The notes beneath the pieces were generated by a model that had not been told where the DNA came from, ran no database searches, and saw only the letters and a program-made list of their open reading frames with translations. DNA of 61,412 nt, filler included, from Sphacelaria rigidula (lineage: Eukaryota): assembly GCA_964200075.2 (NCBI GenBank). It is 9 parts of 9 records of this genome, joined end to end, with 100 filler letters (N's around TTAATTAATTAA, not from the genome) between each part and the next. Parts side by side here need not be neighbours in the genome. Positions count along the whole stretch, not along the records: positions 47,845 to 54,578 come from CAXNAA020018352.1; positions 54,679 to 61,412 come from CAXNAA020018353.1; 7 more parts are not named here. The stretch is one strand, 5' to 3'. Below, piece by piece: positions 48,074-60,954 of this stretch (its first letter is position 1; every line of letters starts with the position of its first letter). Made by a program: the position numbers and the translations under genes.

Positions 48074-51000
48074 ATTGGACAACCTTCCGCCTTGACAGGT
48101 CAAACGTAAAGTCTCCCTCTCCCAGAGTCCCGTTTTCGTCCCGAAGGTATCCGCGCACCACGTTTCCACCGTCTTCACCTTCCGCAAAGTAGCACGATTC
48201 CTCCTGTATGCCAGTGTCAACAAACTGGAGTGGAATGGTTTGGTTCTGGTTGAGTTCCCAGTATTGGTTATGGGACGGGGTGCGCTTCGAATCAGTGGTT
48301 GCTTTTGGTTCGCGGCTTGGCTGCATCGCACGTTAGATTGACGCAGTCTCTGCGGTGTGCGTGGTATGCTGTATATTCTCATCCCTGGAGTGCCCAGCGT
48401 GTCCATGTGTTCAACCAGTATTTCGTCCACTTGAACCATCAGCGGCAGGCCTAGTTGTCTTTTGGAATACCTTCAAACGGTTGAAGGCTCCCCCGGTATG
48501 GTGCCTTTTCGTACAGTTTGCGCACTGGATCGGAGAGTGATCCAAAGATATCTGCAACATGTCACTGAATTGATTGGTTCTTCACGGCAAGCCTCCTGCT
48601 GTTGTACTCGAACTTGGTCCTGAATCATAATACCGAATGGGGGACGAAAGCTCCGCCCGAGGGTAGTGACGGCGTGGTGTTAACCCTTTTGGGACTGACC
48701 TTCACAAACAAGGAGTTCAACATGAATTCGTAAAATAAAAATAAACAAGCCTTGGAGCGATCTCCCCAATCACGGCGAGGCGGAATTTATCGACCAGTTC
48801 CGAACGACCAGTGGGGGCTGTCGCCGGGAGTGATGTCACTGCCAAGTTGGTATGTGTACCCTATCCCCGACCCACAAAAAGCCTTCGAAGCAAAAAAGAA
48901 ACCCAAGTGGTCGGGGATAGGCTTCCCCAGTTTTTTGTCATCATTTACTTGCATTCTATATAGGTTCGATCTCCACTCCCCCGATTGTTTGGGGTCACCA
49001 TCCTATAGTAAAACCTAGGTGGTTGCACTAACATAGGGTGCTCAGGGAAACTTCGGGAATAAATGTAGCCTACTCTATCTGTGGTCATGTTCACAAGGCG
49101 ACTGAATCTAGCAACGCTGTGGGACGAGAGACGGAGCTAGAGGCATGAGTCCTGCGTATCCCTTTGTCGAGGCGGTACAAGCGGCGATGAGGTCGTATGT
49201 AATCGACGGGAACGAACAAGCTGTGTACAGGGAGCTGATCTTCGTGGCGGAGAACTGCCCAGAACATGTCAGGGAGTATTCAGCGGCAGCTGCTGCTGCA
49301 TTCAAAGAGGCGTATTGTACTGTAGGTGCGGCGCAACGTCCACATCGTTCGAAGCAAATTTGCCGCTTGCAACGAAGAGGGAAACCACGACCCACCCCGA
49401 CCACTAAGGGCTGTGTGGTAAGGTGGTGGGGACAATATCCAAGGCCACAAGTGACGGGCGGTGGTCGCCACATCCTCTTCAAAGCTCTCCACGGCGACTC
49501 ATACTGCTTGATGTATCTATACATTACCTGATGCGCACAACACCCAAATTACAGTACAGTTTATACCTGCACCTGAACATAGGTTGGATGGAACTTTCGG
49601 TCTTTCTCTAGCCTTGCGGTTACATATGTACGAGGATTATTAGCAACATGAAGCCACTGTTTCATGCATATGCACTACACGTCATTCCTAACCAGCCTCA
49701 TCGGTCATTCTGGAGGCCCAGTCCCAAATGGACTAATGATGTTCCACATCCTGTACGAGTATGATTAGTGACGGGTTGCGTGCAAATGACTTTCGAGTGA
49801 ATATGCTGTGCTGCTACTCGTAGTTGTCTCCAAACAAGTATCGGACGAAGTACCTGTGTGACGAGTCGTCTCTGGACAACTACTGGATGAAAAATCTAGG
49901 CAGCTAGTAGCCTATGGACAACGAATCATAACCTTGTTCGACTAGTCGCCTGTACAGGACTGGACGAATGTTCGGCAACTAGGCGCCTATGGACGACTAC
50001 TGGACGAAATCCATGTGCGATGGGTTGCCTGTAGACGACTACTGAACGAGACGCGTGTGCAACTAGTCGCTAGTAGAGGACTATCGAAAGTGAAACCCGT
50101 ACAACTAGCCGCCTGAAGACGGCTACTCAATTATAATCTTGGGCGCTTGGGCAACTCGGGCTTTTTTGCCCCAGTCGTCTGTTATGTGTAGACGACTATG
50201 GGATGGACATGTGGGGCAAGTAGTGGCCGTCAGGTGATCATTGGATAAGACACTTGTGCAAGTATTTGTCTGTGGACAACTACCCGAAAATGATGTGAGG
50301 CAACCCGCCATCCGTAGACAACCACAACGTGGAAGAGCTGTGCGACTGTTACAGTCACTTGTAACTAATTTCCGATCCGAAATGTCCGGGAAACCAGTCG
50401 TACGTGAACACCCTTCATCCGAAACATGCGCGCGACTAAACATGCAACAACAATCATCGCTCGAAAACTACGCAAGTAAGCAAACAGGCGGCTCGATAGC
50501 CATCTCTCACACGGGGTGCGGCACGTCTGCCGGGACCTATCTTACCGACAACGTCTATGCTGCCACAGTCCGATGGTCTAATGATACAACTGGCACCATT
50601 GCGGCAGGGAATACGCCGTTCCAAGTCCAGCCAGGCGTGTCTATATTCAAATTTGTTTCGTGAGTATCTGATTTCCGTAGTTGAACACGAGAGGATGTGA
50701 GTGGAAAAGTATCCCTTTGCGTTCCTGCGTTTGACGACAATCGAAGCGGTGCGGCAGTGCCGATCAAGTCCGCAACATCAAACTGCAAGGTTTGTACCAG
50801 GGGACAGATGACTTAGACCCCTGCGACCATGAACTTGTCCTGACCTAATCACCTGAATAACTTGTCCTGACCCGTTGACCCCGCGATCCCAGAGCGGGCT
50901 GCCAGTTTCGGAGGCGCTTTGTACAATGCGCGACGCGATCGCGTTGGACATTTTCCCTCGCGGCAAGGGGGACACCCTGGCCACCTCGCTTCTAGATGCC

Positions 51001-52698
51001 AAGAACGACACCAGTCCCATAAGGCATGACGTACGCTCTCGGTCGGAGAGGACCAGCAGCCCCATAGAAGACGATGAAGTCGACGATTGCGGCGTTGGTG
51101 ATGACGTGTCATCGACGGAGTTTGCGGCTGACTGGTGCAACAGAAGGTGATCAATGCCTGTCGGTTCGTACCATAGACGAAGGGAACCCGCGAGGTGTGT
51201 AGTAGCAGACGGGAAAAAAGAAAAGGGCAGGAGGCTAGTACTCCCTTCAGCATTTGTCGTGTGTCTGGCAGTTCCCCACTTTGAGTATCAACAGACACGG
51301 CAACTGCCAATGATCGGAGTCGAACTCATGCCCCGAAGGTTTCGGTACTACACGAGAGCTCGCATGTACACGCTGTCATGCGGGCAACGACAAAGAGCGG
51401 CTGTCGCACAAAATATGGGTTGACACGCTACTCTTGATATGTGTAGTGTACTTGTATTCCGAACGCTTCCCGACATAAGGTGCACACGCGCATGCTGCAC
51501 TGCATTTTACCTCGGGAAACACTCACCTCTGACGGTCATGAAGCCAGTAGCTTCGGAGGCTACCCTGACATCGTCCCACCCACATGCACGAGCAAGAGAA
51601 ACGTCCGCGCTATCCGCCAGCGCATGCACTACTCTCGCAGCCCCGACCCACTCCCGCACGTGCATTGCCGCCGTCGCGTAGCTACCATCCTCTCCCCAGA
51701 CATCTCCCCCAACCCCGGCGCCCGAAGCACGACGGCTTCCAGCATCGCCTGCGCGCATGGGAGCTTGCTTCGCCGTCGCCACCGCCGCCGGCGCTGCTCC
51801 ATCCTGAGGGTCAGACCAAAACGAGAGCCTGTACAGGTCGAGTACCGGGGAATCCCATTCTCGACGCCGTCGCTCGGCCGCGACATGTTCGTCACCGGGT
51901 GTTACGGAGCCCGGAGAAAGGGAGACGATCAAGCCGCCTTTATTTATCGCCTTCCCGGGTACCGTTGTCAGTACATCCTCATGATCGCCATGTTGATCCG
52001 TCGGTCGATCTGAGCTACCGCTTTCCGTGTCGCGTTTAGTTTTGCGCGTCTCCGTGGTCGCGGAAGAACCCAAGTGGTCCAGCACAGTCGGAGCAATCTT
52101 GAGGGTAGGAGGAAGAGTCACGAACCCTTCCAAAAGCCGTGTCCCCCCGTCTCGGCTAGAGACTTCATTATCACCACCTACAGTGGCCGAATGATCTAGT
52201 GGAGCCTTCGGCAACCGCGAACCGTTATCTTCTGTCTCCACCCGTCTTTCTCCCTTTCCTTCTTCCGACACACCGAGTAGAAGGGAGTCCACTGCCGCCG
52301 CATTGGCGTGCACTAAGAAACACGTCCCATACCGCCGGCCGTGCGACAGGGTTGCTAAGGATGTTGCCGAAAACTTCTCCGCCAGGAAATCTCGAGCGGC
52401 GCGCGCATTGCTGTGGCTTGTAAAGGCTACATAGAGCCCCCAGCCTGCGCCTCTGGAACCGCCACCATCCGCACTCTCCTCCCCGATGGTATTGCCGGTA
52501 GATGCAGGTGCTTCACCGCCTTCGTGGGCAAGACGTCGATTTTTTCGTTCCGGATCGTTGATTTAAGTTGTCTGATGCCCCTCAGATGTACCCGAGCCCT
52601 CGGTTGTGGTTGATGATGCTGCTGCTTCTTCTAGTAGACGATTGTGTTGCCAGTCCACGGCAAGCTGAAATGCATTATCTTCGCCTTCGAATTCTCGT
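48074..52698 (-). CDS. Subtilisin-like serine protease (S8, Kp43-like), 5'/middle part. Exons ~52698-51527, 51157-50853, 48224-48074. In-frame TAA at 52563-52565 (possible pseudogene)
   Basis: Spliced product reads ...NAIASRIVQS...PLWDRGVNGSGQVIQ|FVDTGIQEESCYF...DLSRRKVVQ(Y), containing the catalytic-Asp DTG motif, after a long prodomain. GT-AG sites with phases 1,0,1. Confidence 0.85.
49820..50350 (+). repeat. Degenerate ~42-bp minisatellite in a subtilisin intron
   Basis: About 12 units resembling actagtcgcctgt(g/a)gacgactactggacgaaa..tgtgc(g/a). Confidence 0.75.
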
Positions 52699-53859
52699 CT
52701 GTCGCGTGTAACCAGCAAGTTTAAATTTCAGTTTTCAAGGTACTTTGGAGGTACTTGGGACAATGAAATGAACACTCAGTGACCGCGTGAGATGAGCTCA
52801 TCTGCAAGTTTACTCTCTCCTGCTTAAGGAAGGATGTCGCCTGTGGCATCTACTGATACTCCCCTGTATCTCAAGCCGCCACCTTCTATAAACAGGGAAC
52901 GTAATAGATGTATCATGTATTTAGAAGCAAATATTGGCACGTTGCAGGTCAACGACTGCCAAATCGTGGGGATTACGTATCAAGATTCGAGATGGCGCTG
53001 GCGCTTCGGCATTCAATGTCCGTGCACGACCTGATCGTCGCCCATACGTTCATCAAGGGGGTTGTCAGCCAGTTTCGCGCTGGCAATTTTCTTCTTGTCC
53101 TCATGCAGCTTTGAACGCCACCGTATTCGTAGATGACTGCCAACGTTGTGAGTTTGGCTGTTTCGCAATGCACACTTGACCCCAAGTTCTTCAGGGTAAA
53201 TTGCAGCACGCACCATTCATCACCGACCGTGAGAACGATTGAAACTGGTCGCATAGATAAGGGGCCAACTATAGGTGATGTTGTGGAGTAGGATAGGGCA
53301 ATGTGAGACTAGGGAGGGTGGAGTAGGTCGCTGCTTCGGTGTCCGCCACCACCTCGTGCGGATTGTTTTGTTGTGAGAGACTGTTCATCTCGCACTACGT
53401 CGCCCATAGCCTCGGGATTATAAGCACTACGGTACAAACGGTTCGACTTGACTTGTTCGCAAGAACCTTATCATCTGAAAGCCTTGAGTTAAGTCGGATA
53501 CCATGTGGAAAATACGTATCCTACTGTTGCATGATTGTGATTCCTTGCTCCAGCGAGCCCATTGGCCCAACCGTGCATTTTCTGGACCGGTGCTAACAAA
53601 CCTCAGGCATCATTTCTGACCAGATTTTCGGGGAGGCATAACCTGAAATCCGTAAGCTAGCCGGGAACTGCCCCGAAGGGGGGGGGGGGGGGGGGGGGGG
53701 GTGGAAATGCTGCTATGCTGCTGTCCGCCATATCCCAGTCGCATTAAGAGTCGCCGCACAAAAAGGTGAATTGCTTGTGAAGGGCTTTGCCATCTTGTAG
53801 CCGCCATATCAGCATGGTCATTTTGTTGTCATCAGCCTGGCCATCTGGTTAGGGTGGGA

Positions 53860-54240
53860 GTACAGCATAATATGTAAGGCTGCAAGGCATGGAAACCTTC
53901 TATGTTGCGCCGATCAACGTCTTGGTGTTTCCACCGATGATCAATGAACAACATACGTTCAAGGCAACCAGGAGTCCTGAGAAATGGGAACGAACCTTTT
54001 TTGTGGGAATGGCATATAAAAGCAACGATGGGGAGCGGGGAGGGTAGGGTTCTCAGTCAAGGAATATCTGTGTGACAGTGTAGATGTGATCAACGACACG
54101 AAATTGGACGAGATCATATGGCTAAGGGTACCAGGAGAGCGGGGAACGAAGGACTCCGTCCTAGGTAACGTCTACATGCTCTCAGAATCGAAGAGTAGGG
54201 TGAACGATATAGAAAGGAGGTTTGGAGAGATATGTGACGA
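53860..54240 (+). pseudogene. Decayed APE endonuclease domain of a non-LTR retrotransposon (LINE)
   Basis: VINDTKLDEIIWLRVPGERGTKDSVLGNVYM, preceded by degenerate QE(S)WE and G.GGVG motifs with stops. Confidence 0.7.
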
Positions 54241-54678
54241 AAATACGCCGTTACGTCGAGTTGGTGGTAATGATCTGGATTATGACTGGGGGCACGGGGG
54301 TTCTGCAGGATTCTGGGAGGATTCCGGATAATGACCGGGGACATGGGGATGATACCCTGCGTGTCTAGGAGGTTGGTGTCTGGAAGGGCACTCCTGATAA
54401 TGAGATGTTGTAAAGCCTGACAACTGAAACTGAGGCCAGCAAGGCAGGGGACTCCTTCAATAGCAGTGATCCACTAGCTCTTCTTCTGGCTGGCGTCACA
54501 AATAGCAGCAAACACCCGACTTTATATTTTGGGGTTCAAACAAAATATGGGGCTGAAGTGGCATATCTGTCTTGCACGNNNNNNNNNNNNNNNNNNNNNN
54601 NNNNNNNNNNNNNNNNNNNNNNTTAATTAATTAANNNNNNNNNNNNNNNNNNNNNNNNNNNNNNNNNNNNNNNNNNNN

Positions 54679-55019
54679 TATTTCTTCCCCTACTGATAGC
54701 AATTGACAACTGCTACACGCCATAGAAATTTGGATTTCGATCACCGAAATGTTGGGGTCCTACGTGAAAAACCCATTTCGGAACCATGTTGGCGTCCGTT
54801 CGGACATCCAGAATTCCACAAAATTGTTTTTTCACGTAGGACCCCAACATTTCGGTGATCGAAATCCAAATTTCTATGGCGTGTAGCAGTTGTCAATTGC
54901 TATCAGTAGGTGAAGAAATAGAACAGTATTTCGAAGATTTGGTGTGGATACGAAGATTTTAATTCACCGGGTTTCTCATCCCCAATAAAAGATCCATCCC
55001 CAATTTGTAAGATCCCGTG
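54679..55019. mobile_element. Family B foldback MITE (left end cut by the contig start)
   Basis: 54679-54771 is a near-perfect inverted match to 54828-54920. Right terminus ...GATCCCGTG. Confidence 0.85.
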
Positions 55020-55074
55020 CTAGTTAGTCGAATTTTTACCCGCAGCAGACACCACCTTAACTTCGTGAAATTGG

Positions 55075-55400
55075 AATACAAATCCAAATTTTCGAAATAT
55101 GGTTCCATTTCTTCACCTTCTGGTAGCTATTAACTGATACACGCCCTACAAATTTGGATTTCGATAACGGAAACGTTGGGGTCCTGGATGAAACAATTTT
55201 GGGAGATTCAGGTGATCCAATCGGATCGCCGAAATTCCCCGAAATTAGTTTTTCACCTAGGACCCCAACATTTCGGCTATCGAAATCCAAATTTGTATTA
55301 CGTGTAGTACTTGTCAATAGCGACCGGTAGGCGAAGGAACCGGAACCATATTTCAAAGATTTGGTGTGAACACGAAGATTTTAATACTCCGCGTTCTCAT
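55075..55400. mobile_element. Family B foldback MITE, termini eroded
   Basis: caaatttggatttcgata..gttggggtcct / aggaccccaaca..tatcgaaatccaaatttg. Confidence 0.8.
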
Positions 55401-56619
55401 CGTCAATGGAAAGCTCCATCCTCACTTTCGATGATCGGCTGTTGTGCTCTGCTGTACTGTCTTTTGAGCCTCCCTTGTTCTTCGTCCCTTTCCCCATATC
55501 TCTTCATGTCTGGGTATTTTTTGCTGCCGTCGTAAGTAGCAGTTTGGTGCCTCGCTTCCGCAGGCTTTACGGATGAGAGCTTCATATCCAAACAGTGACA
55601 TCGAAATAGCTGAGCCGCAATTTATTCCCACGGCCTTTTTTCCACGATTGAGAATAAGGGTGGTTTCGCCCAAGACCTCTTCGACGGAAGCCATGCTGCA
55701 GGGGGCTGCCATTTCTTGTTTTGCATTTCTGTTTTTTTCTTGTTATTGTCCTTCTTCAGTTTAGACTGTCGTTTCCACCTTTCTGTATTCTTCACTCTTC
55801 TTCAGCTAGTGTTTTGTTTCGTCTCGGGTAGGTGTTATCATGTGGCCGTGGCTGGATCCCCGGGGGATCAGGTAAGGTGCGACAATCAATCAAAATTAAA
55901 TCGAGCAACATGCAAATGTTACATGAAGAAGGATTCTACAAAAACGATCATGAACATGTTAATCATGGAACCTGTTGACCGGTTCGGTTACGGCAATCCA
56001 GTTTGTGGTGCGGGTGGAACACAAAAGGCGATCACCTGAAGGGACGAAATCGACGTGCACAAAACTTGCCATCCCACCCCCCAATATCCCTCTTCTTAGG
56101 ACTCGACCCTTATTTTGTTATCTTAATGTTGAACCCGCCTCTGCCTCGGGCCGAGCCCGCAGTCTTCGGGGATGAGTTCATCTTTTCCTCGGCACTAGTA
56201 CGGCAAGATGACGTTATCATTTTCACACCCAAAACCCATCCAGTAGAATGAAGACCCCACGGGCCCAAGCTATCGTGCACCAGTCACATCGAGGTTCGGG
56301 ACATAAACAGTTGGTAACGAAACTCCTTACATAGTTTCCAGAAGCGATAAATTAGGAAGAGACAAAGTACGGCTCGCGCATGTGTAGGGAGTTGCTTCAT
56401 ATACACCAAAGAAAAAAGTTCACCCCCTGAAAACGGAGAAAGATATCGTAGAAGTACGAGGAGACAAGTGAAGCTGGGTTGAAACAGCTCTTTACCTCCT
56501 CAAGGAAAGGTGTAATTGTGCGTTTCGACACAGCTTATCACAAAATGCCAACACTCCAGCATATTAAAAACAATGTATCCTTGACTCAATCAAACACTCA
56601 ACGTGAGCACTGCAGTAAG

Positions 56620-57044
56620 CACGGGATTTTACCTATTGGGGGTGGATTTTTTATTGGGGATGAGAACCCGGACAATTCAAATCTTCGTATTCACACCAAA
56701 TCTTCGAAACATGGTTGCATTTATTCACTTGCTGGTAGCTGTTGACAACTACTACACGCCATACAAATTTGAATTTCGATAGCCGGAATGCTGGGGTCCT
56801 AGGTGAAAAACCAATATTGGGTTCCAATCAGATCACCTGAGATCCCAAAATTGTTTCTTCAACTAGGAACCCAACATGTCGGTTATCAGGATCCAAATTT
56901 GTATGGTGTGTAGTAGTTGTCAATAGCCACCAATAGGTGAAGGAATTGAAGTACGCTTCGAAGATCTGGTGTGGATACGAAGGTTCTAATTTTCCGGGTT
57001 CTCATCCCCTCAAAAAAACCATGCCCAATTTGTAATATCCCGTG
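56620..57044. mobile_element. Family B foldback MITE, full length (425 bp)
   Basis: Termini CACGGGAT...ATCCCGTG. Arms pair almost to the centre (~56830). Confidence 0.85.
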
Positions 57045-57559
57045 TTAGTACATGCTAGCAATGTCCAATCCCTCTCCCCTTGCCGCTCTCCCCTCCCACT
57101 ACTCCCCCATTCGTTCATTGACACGATCGAAACATGCCTATTCAGACCGGCCCCTTTAGGTAGAGAGAATAATCAAGACCGACCATCGCGATGCAAAGCA
57201 ACGAATGACTCAACAACAAACCGGGAAGCGCCGACACGTGCGCAAAACTGAATTTGCATACTCGCAATCTCGGTAATCCTGTGATCGGTACCACATCCGC
57301 TACAAAAATACAAACGAGAAGATAGGGAACGTTAACTGGAGTATGGCACGTGAAGGTGGAGGCGGTGGAGTAGGGGGCACCAACATCCATCTCCAGCATA
57401 CGCCACTACGGTGGAATAATTCGCTGCGCGGGAGCACATCATTCGGGGATAACCCGCCTCTTCATCGTGGTGTAACAGCGGGCACAAGTCCGCTAAAATA
57501 CAGGGAAGAACTCATGTCCCAGTCCCTACAACATTGCAGAGACGGCCAGCTGGTAGGTA

Positions 57560-59230
57560 CTATGTATCTGGCGTGACATCGAGAATAGCGGTAACGATCC
57601 TCCCGAATGGTTTCGCTGCGGGGGAATCGGCGTAAACGGTGGTGAACGCCTCCCCCTCCTCGCAAGCCTTCAAGAGATTCGGGTCTAATGGCACCTGCCC
57701 CAGAAAGGGCACACCGTTAGCCTTCGCCATACCCCGGGGACCTTCTTTGTACGCAGCGAAAACGGGTGTCTATTCCCACAGCGAACATGTGAAATACGGC
57801 GAAATCATGAGCGAAAACGGAACGGGTGGAGAGGGCCGATGGAAGCCGTGAGTTAATCAAAACAAGGAAAGAAAAACTGTCGGAACGACGTGCACAAAAT
57901 GAAATTAAAATGAACCCACGCCTGACTCGCGAATTTGTGGGGGGCAATACAGAGCGAAAATCTGGATCCTCTGTAATAACGAAGTGCCCAGAAAAAACTC
58001 GTGCATAGGCTGACTTCCCCAGTGGCCATTCCTAGTGGGGTGTTTATGCCGTTAGCGTCCGTCTCTTTTCTTCCGCGTTTATTTGCCATGCCCCTCAGGA
58101 CTGCGTCGTGCGCCGCGCAAACGCAAGCATCGGAAACACGTAAGCGGCGAAACCATTCACTGGAGGGCGGTCAGGCCCAAGGGTACTACAACACTTCCGA
58201 AAAAAAAAGCGGAAATACTGAATGTATCTGAGTCGTGCAAGAGAGTGAGAAGATGTCAAGTTGCGCATGGCACGCGGGATTGGGTACGGGCGCCTGTACA
58301 AGCGAGCGAGGCCATAGTCGCAGGCTCATGTGCAATCCTTATTTTCATCAGGTGGTTGACGGAGCGCGCTACTCTCTCTGTATTTCGTAGTAACACACGA
58401 ACAAAATTCCAGCTTTATGGAAACCACACAAAACACATACGCACAAAAAGCTGCATCCACTCCCGTTCGTGAGAAATTCTGCAGTGGGGCGCCATTGAGA
58501 GCACGATTGGCGCGGGGCTCCCACGGAACACTTATGTCCAAGACCAGTTAGCCTGATGTGCAATCCATTTCGTTACACCACTTGATTTGAAGCGCATTCG
58601 TTCATATGATTACAAACAATCAGCCGGTCGACTAATCACGGCACATCTCTCTGTCTCTCTGTCTTTCTGTCCCTCTCGCTCTGTCGCATCTTCTTTCCTT
58701 GTCTTTACCATTATTTGCGCTTATTCCAGCGAGCGTTTCCGCTCTATTTACCTTGGATACGTATCTCACGTGGTTAACACTCGGGAACTCGTAGAGGATC
58801 AGTTGACGTGCGACATTCGAATCAATCAATCCATCTATCGAATCAGTCCACCAACCAAGGTCCGCCTCGAAAATGCGAACAAGAAGGTCTACAGTACGCG
58901 CTACCTTCATTTCCGCTGTCCCGCACAATCCTCAAGTCTGTCCTTTTTTCTGTCCATGTCTATTGTCTATCAACTCAATTACCGGCCTTCCCACCACCCC
59001 ACATGTACCACCTACCCATGCATTCGCCCATCTACCGACTATATCTATAGGTGCTATATCCAATCTGCGTACGCCCCAAGTGTGCTTCCTTCTCGGTACA
59101 TATCTCGAGCGCGTACCTGTGCCATGAGCTGCAGTAGTTCCGGTGCCTTCGCCCTTATGATCGCCCTCGCCTGCTCTGTCTTGTCTTCTCCACTCTTCGC
59201 GTCGCAAAAAGCCAGTTCGGAAACTGGGAC
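57560..59230 (-). CDS. NBP35: Cytosolic Fe-S cluster assembly P-loop NTPase NBP35 (NUBP1-like), last two exons 59230-59117 and 57769-57560
   Basis: VPVSELAFCDAKSGEDKTEQARAIIRAKAPELLQLMAQ|TPVFAAYKEGPRGMAKANGVPFLGQVPLDPNLLKACEEGEAFTTVYADSPAAKPFGRIV matches the plant-type NBP35 C-terminus (insert KAPELL; VPFLG.VPLDP). Phase-0 GT-AG intron. Stop TAG at 57560. Confidence 0.9.
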
Positions 59231-59329
59231 CTGTTCGAATGCCAGTAGACCAATCGATTGCACACTTGAAAAAATGGTGAGGAAAAAGAATGCTCGGGGG
59301 TGCCCCCCCGTGTACTCTGTGTATACCCG

Positions 59330-60700
59330 GGAAAAAATGGCTCTAGTGGTTGTCCACCCGATATGTACCCCGTGACCTCACGCTGGTGGATTGCTCGTCG
59401 ATCCGTAACAGATCCCCTACGAATCCACTTGCTGTAACACGATAAACGACATATACGTAAATCAAGAACGGAAGCACTCGCTAAAGGAAGCGAGAGGACT
59501 GGATAACGTGAAGATAGAGGACAGTACAACTGGAATGGAGAAAGACACAAGTGAAAAACTGACGAGAGAAAACTCACGAAGAGTATGAGGAAGTATAAGA
59601 AAGGAAACGAACACAAATGAATGAAACTGAAGGGAAAAAACGCCAAGATTGATCTGGTATCGGTTCTGCAAAAACCCAAACACACGTACAGATGATGGCC
59701 GGCCCCTGCTGCAAGGTTTCGCGGGAGGAGGCCGCACAAGATAACTCGAAAGAAGGAGGAAATATGAAGGCCGTGGACGCACGTCGCGACTCAGTCACAC
59801 TATTGCGACATGAAAGCTCACCCACGAGCACGCAAGGAGCAAAACACAACCACTGCTTACAGCATTGACGAAACAAAAACGGAACCAAATAAAGCAATGA
59901 TGGAGAAGGAAACACCGAGAAGAGAGGAGAGCAAGAGACGGCGAGAGAAGACGACCTACCGCTAGTCAGCGGACATAATTAACGTTCATTATAGACCTGT
60001 CACTCAAGATCAGACCGCCATGTGGACTCCTCCCATCACGGGCACATGGACTTCAGCAGCTTTAGTTATTCATGTATTAACCCTCAGCATAGTACACAGG
60101 AGAATAGGACCATATAGCCTCTCTCCACCAGAGTGGCAAAACCAAGCCTACTCGCCATGGAGGTCACCATCACAGAGTCCGGCAATCAGACCCGCAACTC
60201 CACCTACAATGTCCCTGACCTTAGGTGACAATGGTGGCTAGGTCTACAGAGACAACGGAAGATTAGAAGATGAAGAAGAGATGGAAAACCCACGAAGAAA
60301 AATGGGAGCCATCCTGGAGAACCGTTGATCAATATCGCTGTAGTTGCAACCCAAGGAAAGAAGTCAAAATCCGAGACAAACGGGGAGGCGTACATCAGTT
60401 TCGAGATACCCTCGCCTCTTCCACTCCTCCCTTATCGGCTACAAGACGCGTAACTCGCTTGGCCGTGTCCATTTTGGTTTCTCCGCGACCTGTTGCTGCC
60501 ATTGCGTTTGTCTTGGCGACTCTCCTGTTGGCGGCTCTCAAGGCAACAGCATTTTACTTGTGGCGTTGCTCGGTTTCTCGGAGGGTTTGGCGTCGCCACG
60601 TCCTCTCATACTCCTCCCTCCTCTACACCTTGAAGTGTCGTTCACCCGAGTTTTTCGCAGCATTGATGATTGTATTATTCTTCCGGGTTTTTTCGCGTCT
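59330..60700 (-). mobile_element. Probable non-autonomous LTR element remnant (gag/protease relic, PPT, LTR start) in an NBP35 intron
   Basis: Minus-strand GTAGGGGATC|TGTTACGG at 59410 resembles a PPT/LTR junction. E*AWFCHSG (~60135-60155) resembles the Copia protease WxxDSG motif. Boundaries are uncertain. Confidence 0.35.
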
Positions 60701-60954
60701 TAATCTACCCTGTCGTTCTGTTGGACTTTTTTTCTGTTCCTTTTTTTCTTCGGCGAGTGTTTCAGTTTTGGTTTTTTTGGGTACGTCCATCATGCGACCA
60801 CGGCTGGACCCATGGGGGATCAGTTGAAGTGCGACAGTCATTGATACAACCTTGTGAACTGACTTCGATACCGCTGACGGGCCGCTTCCATCGCTCTTCC
60901 TTGTGTGGGACAGCCCCTAGCTTCCAGCTGTTTCCTCTGAAGGTGGTCCCCGCA

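Noticed and set aside
49820..50350. CRISPR array
   Set aside because: Eukaryotic intron context, no cas genes, highly degenerate repeats, and 'spacers' that are short and resemble each other.
55403..55720. LINE RT C-terminal remnant
   Set aside because: It looks coding-like but no diagnostic motif could be identified.
58587..59375. 262-aa + strand ORF and most other short ORFs in the track
   Set aside because: They lie antisense to real exons or within introns/repeats and have no recognisable motifs, as expected by chance at ~50% GC.
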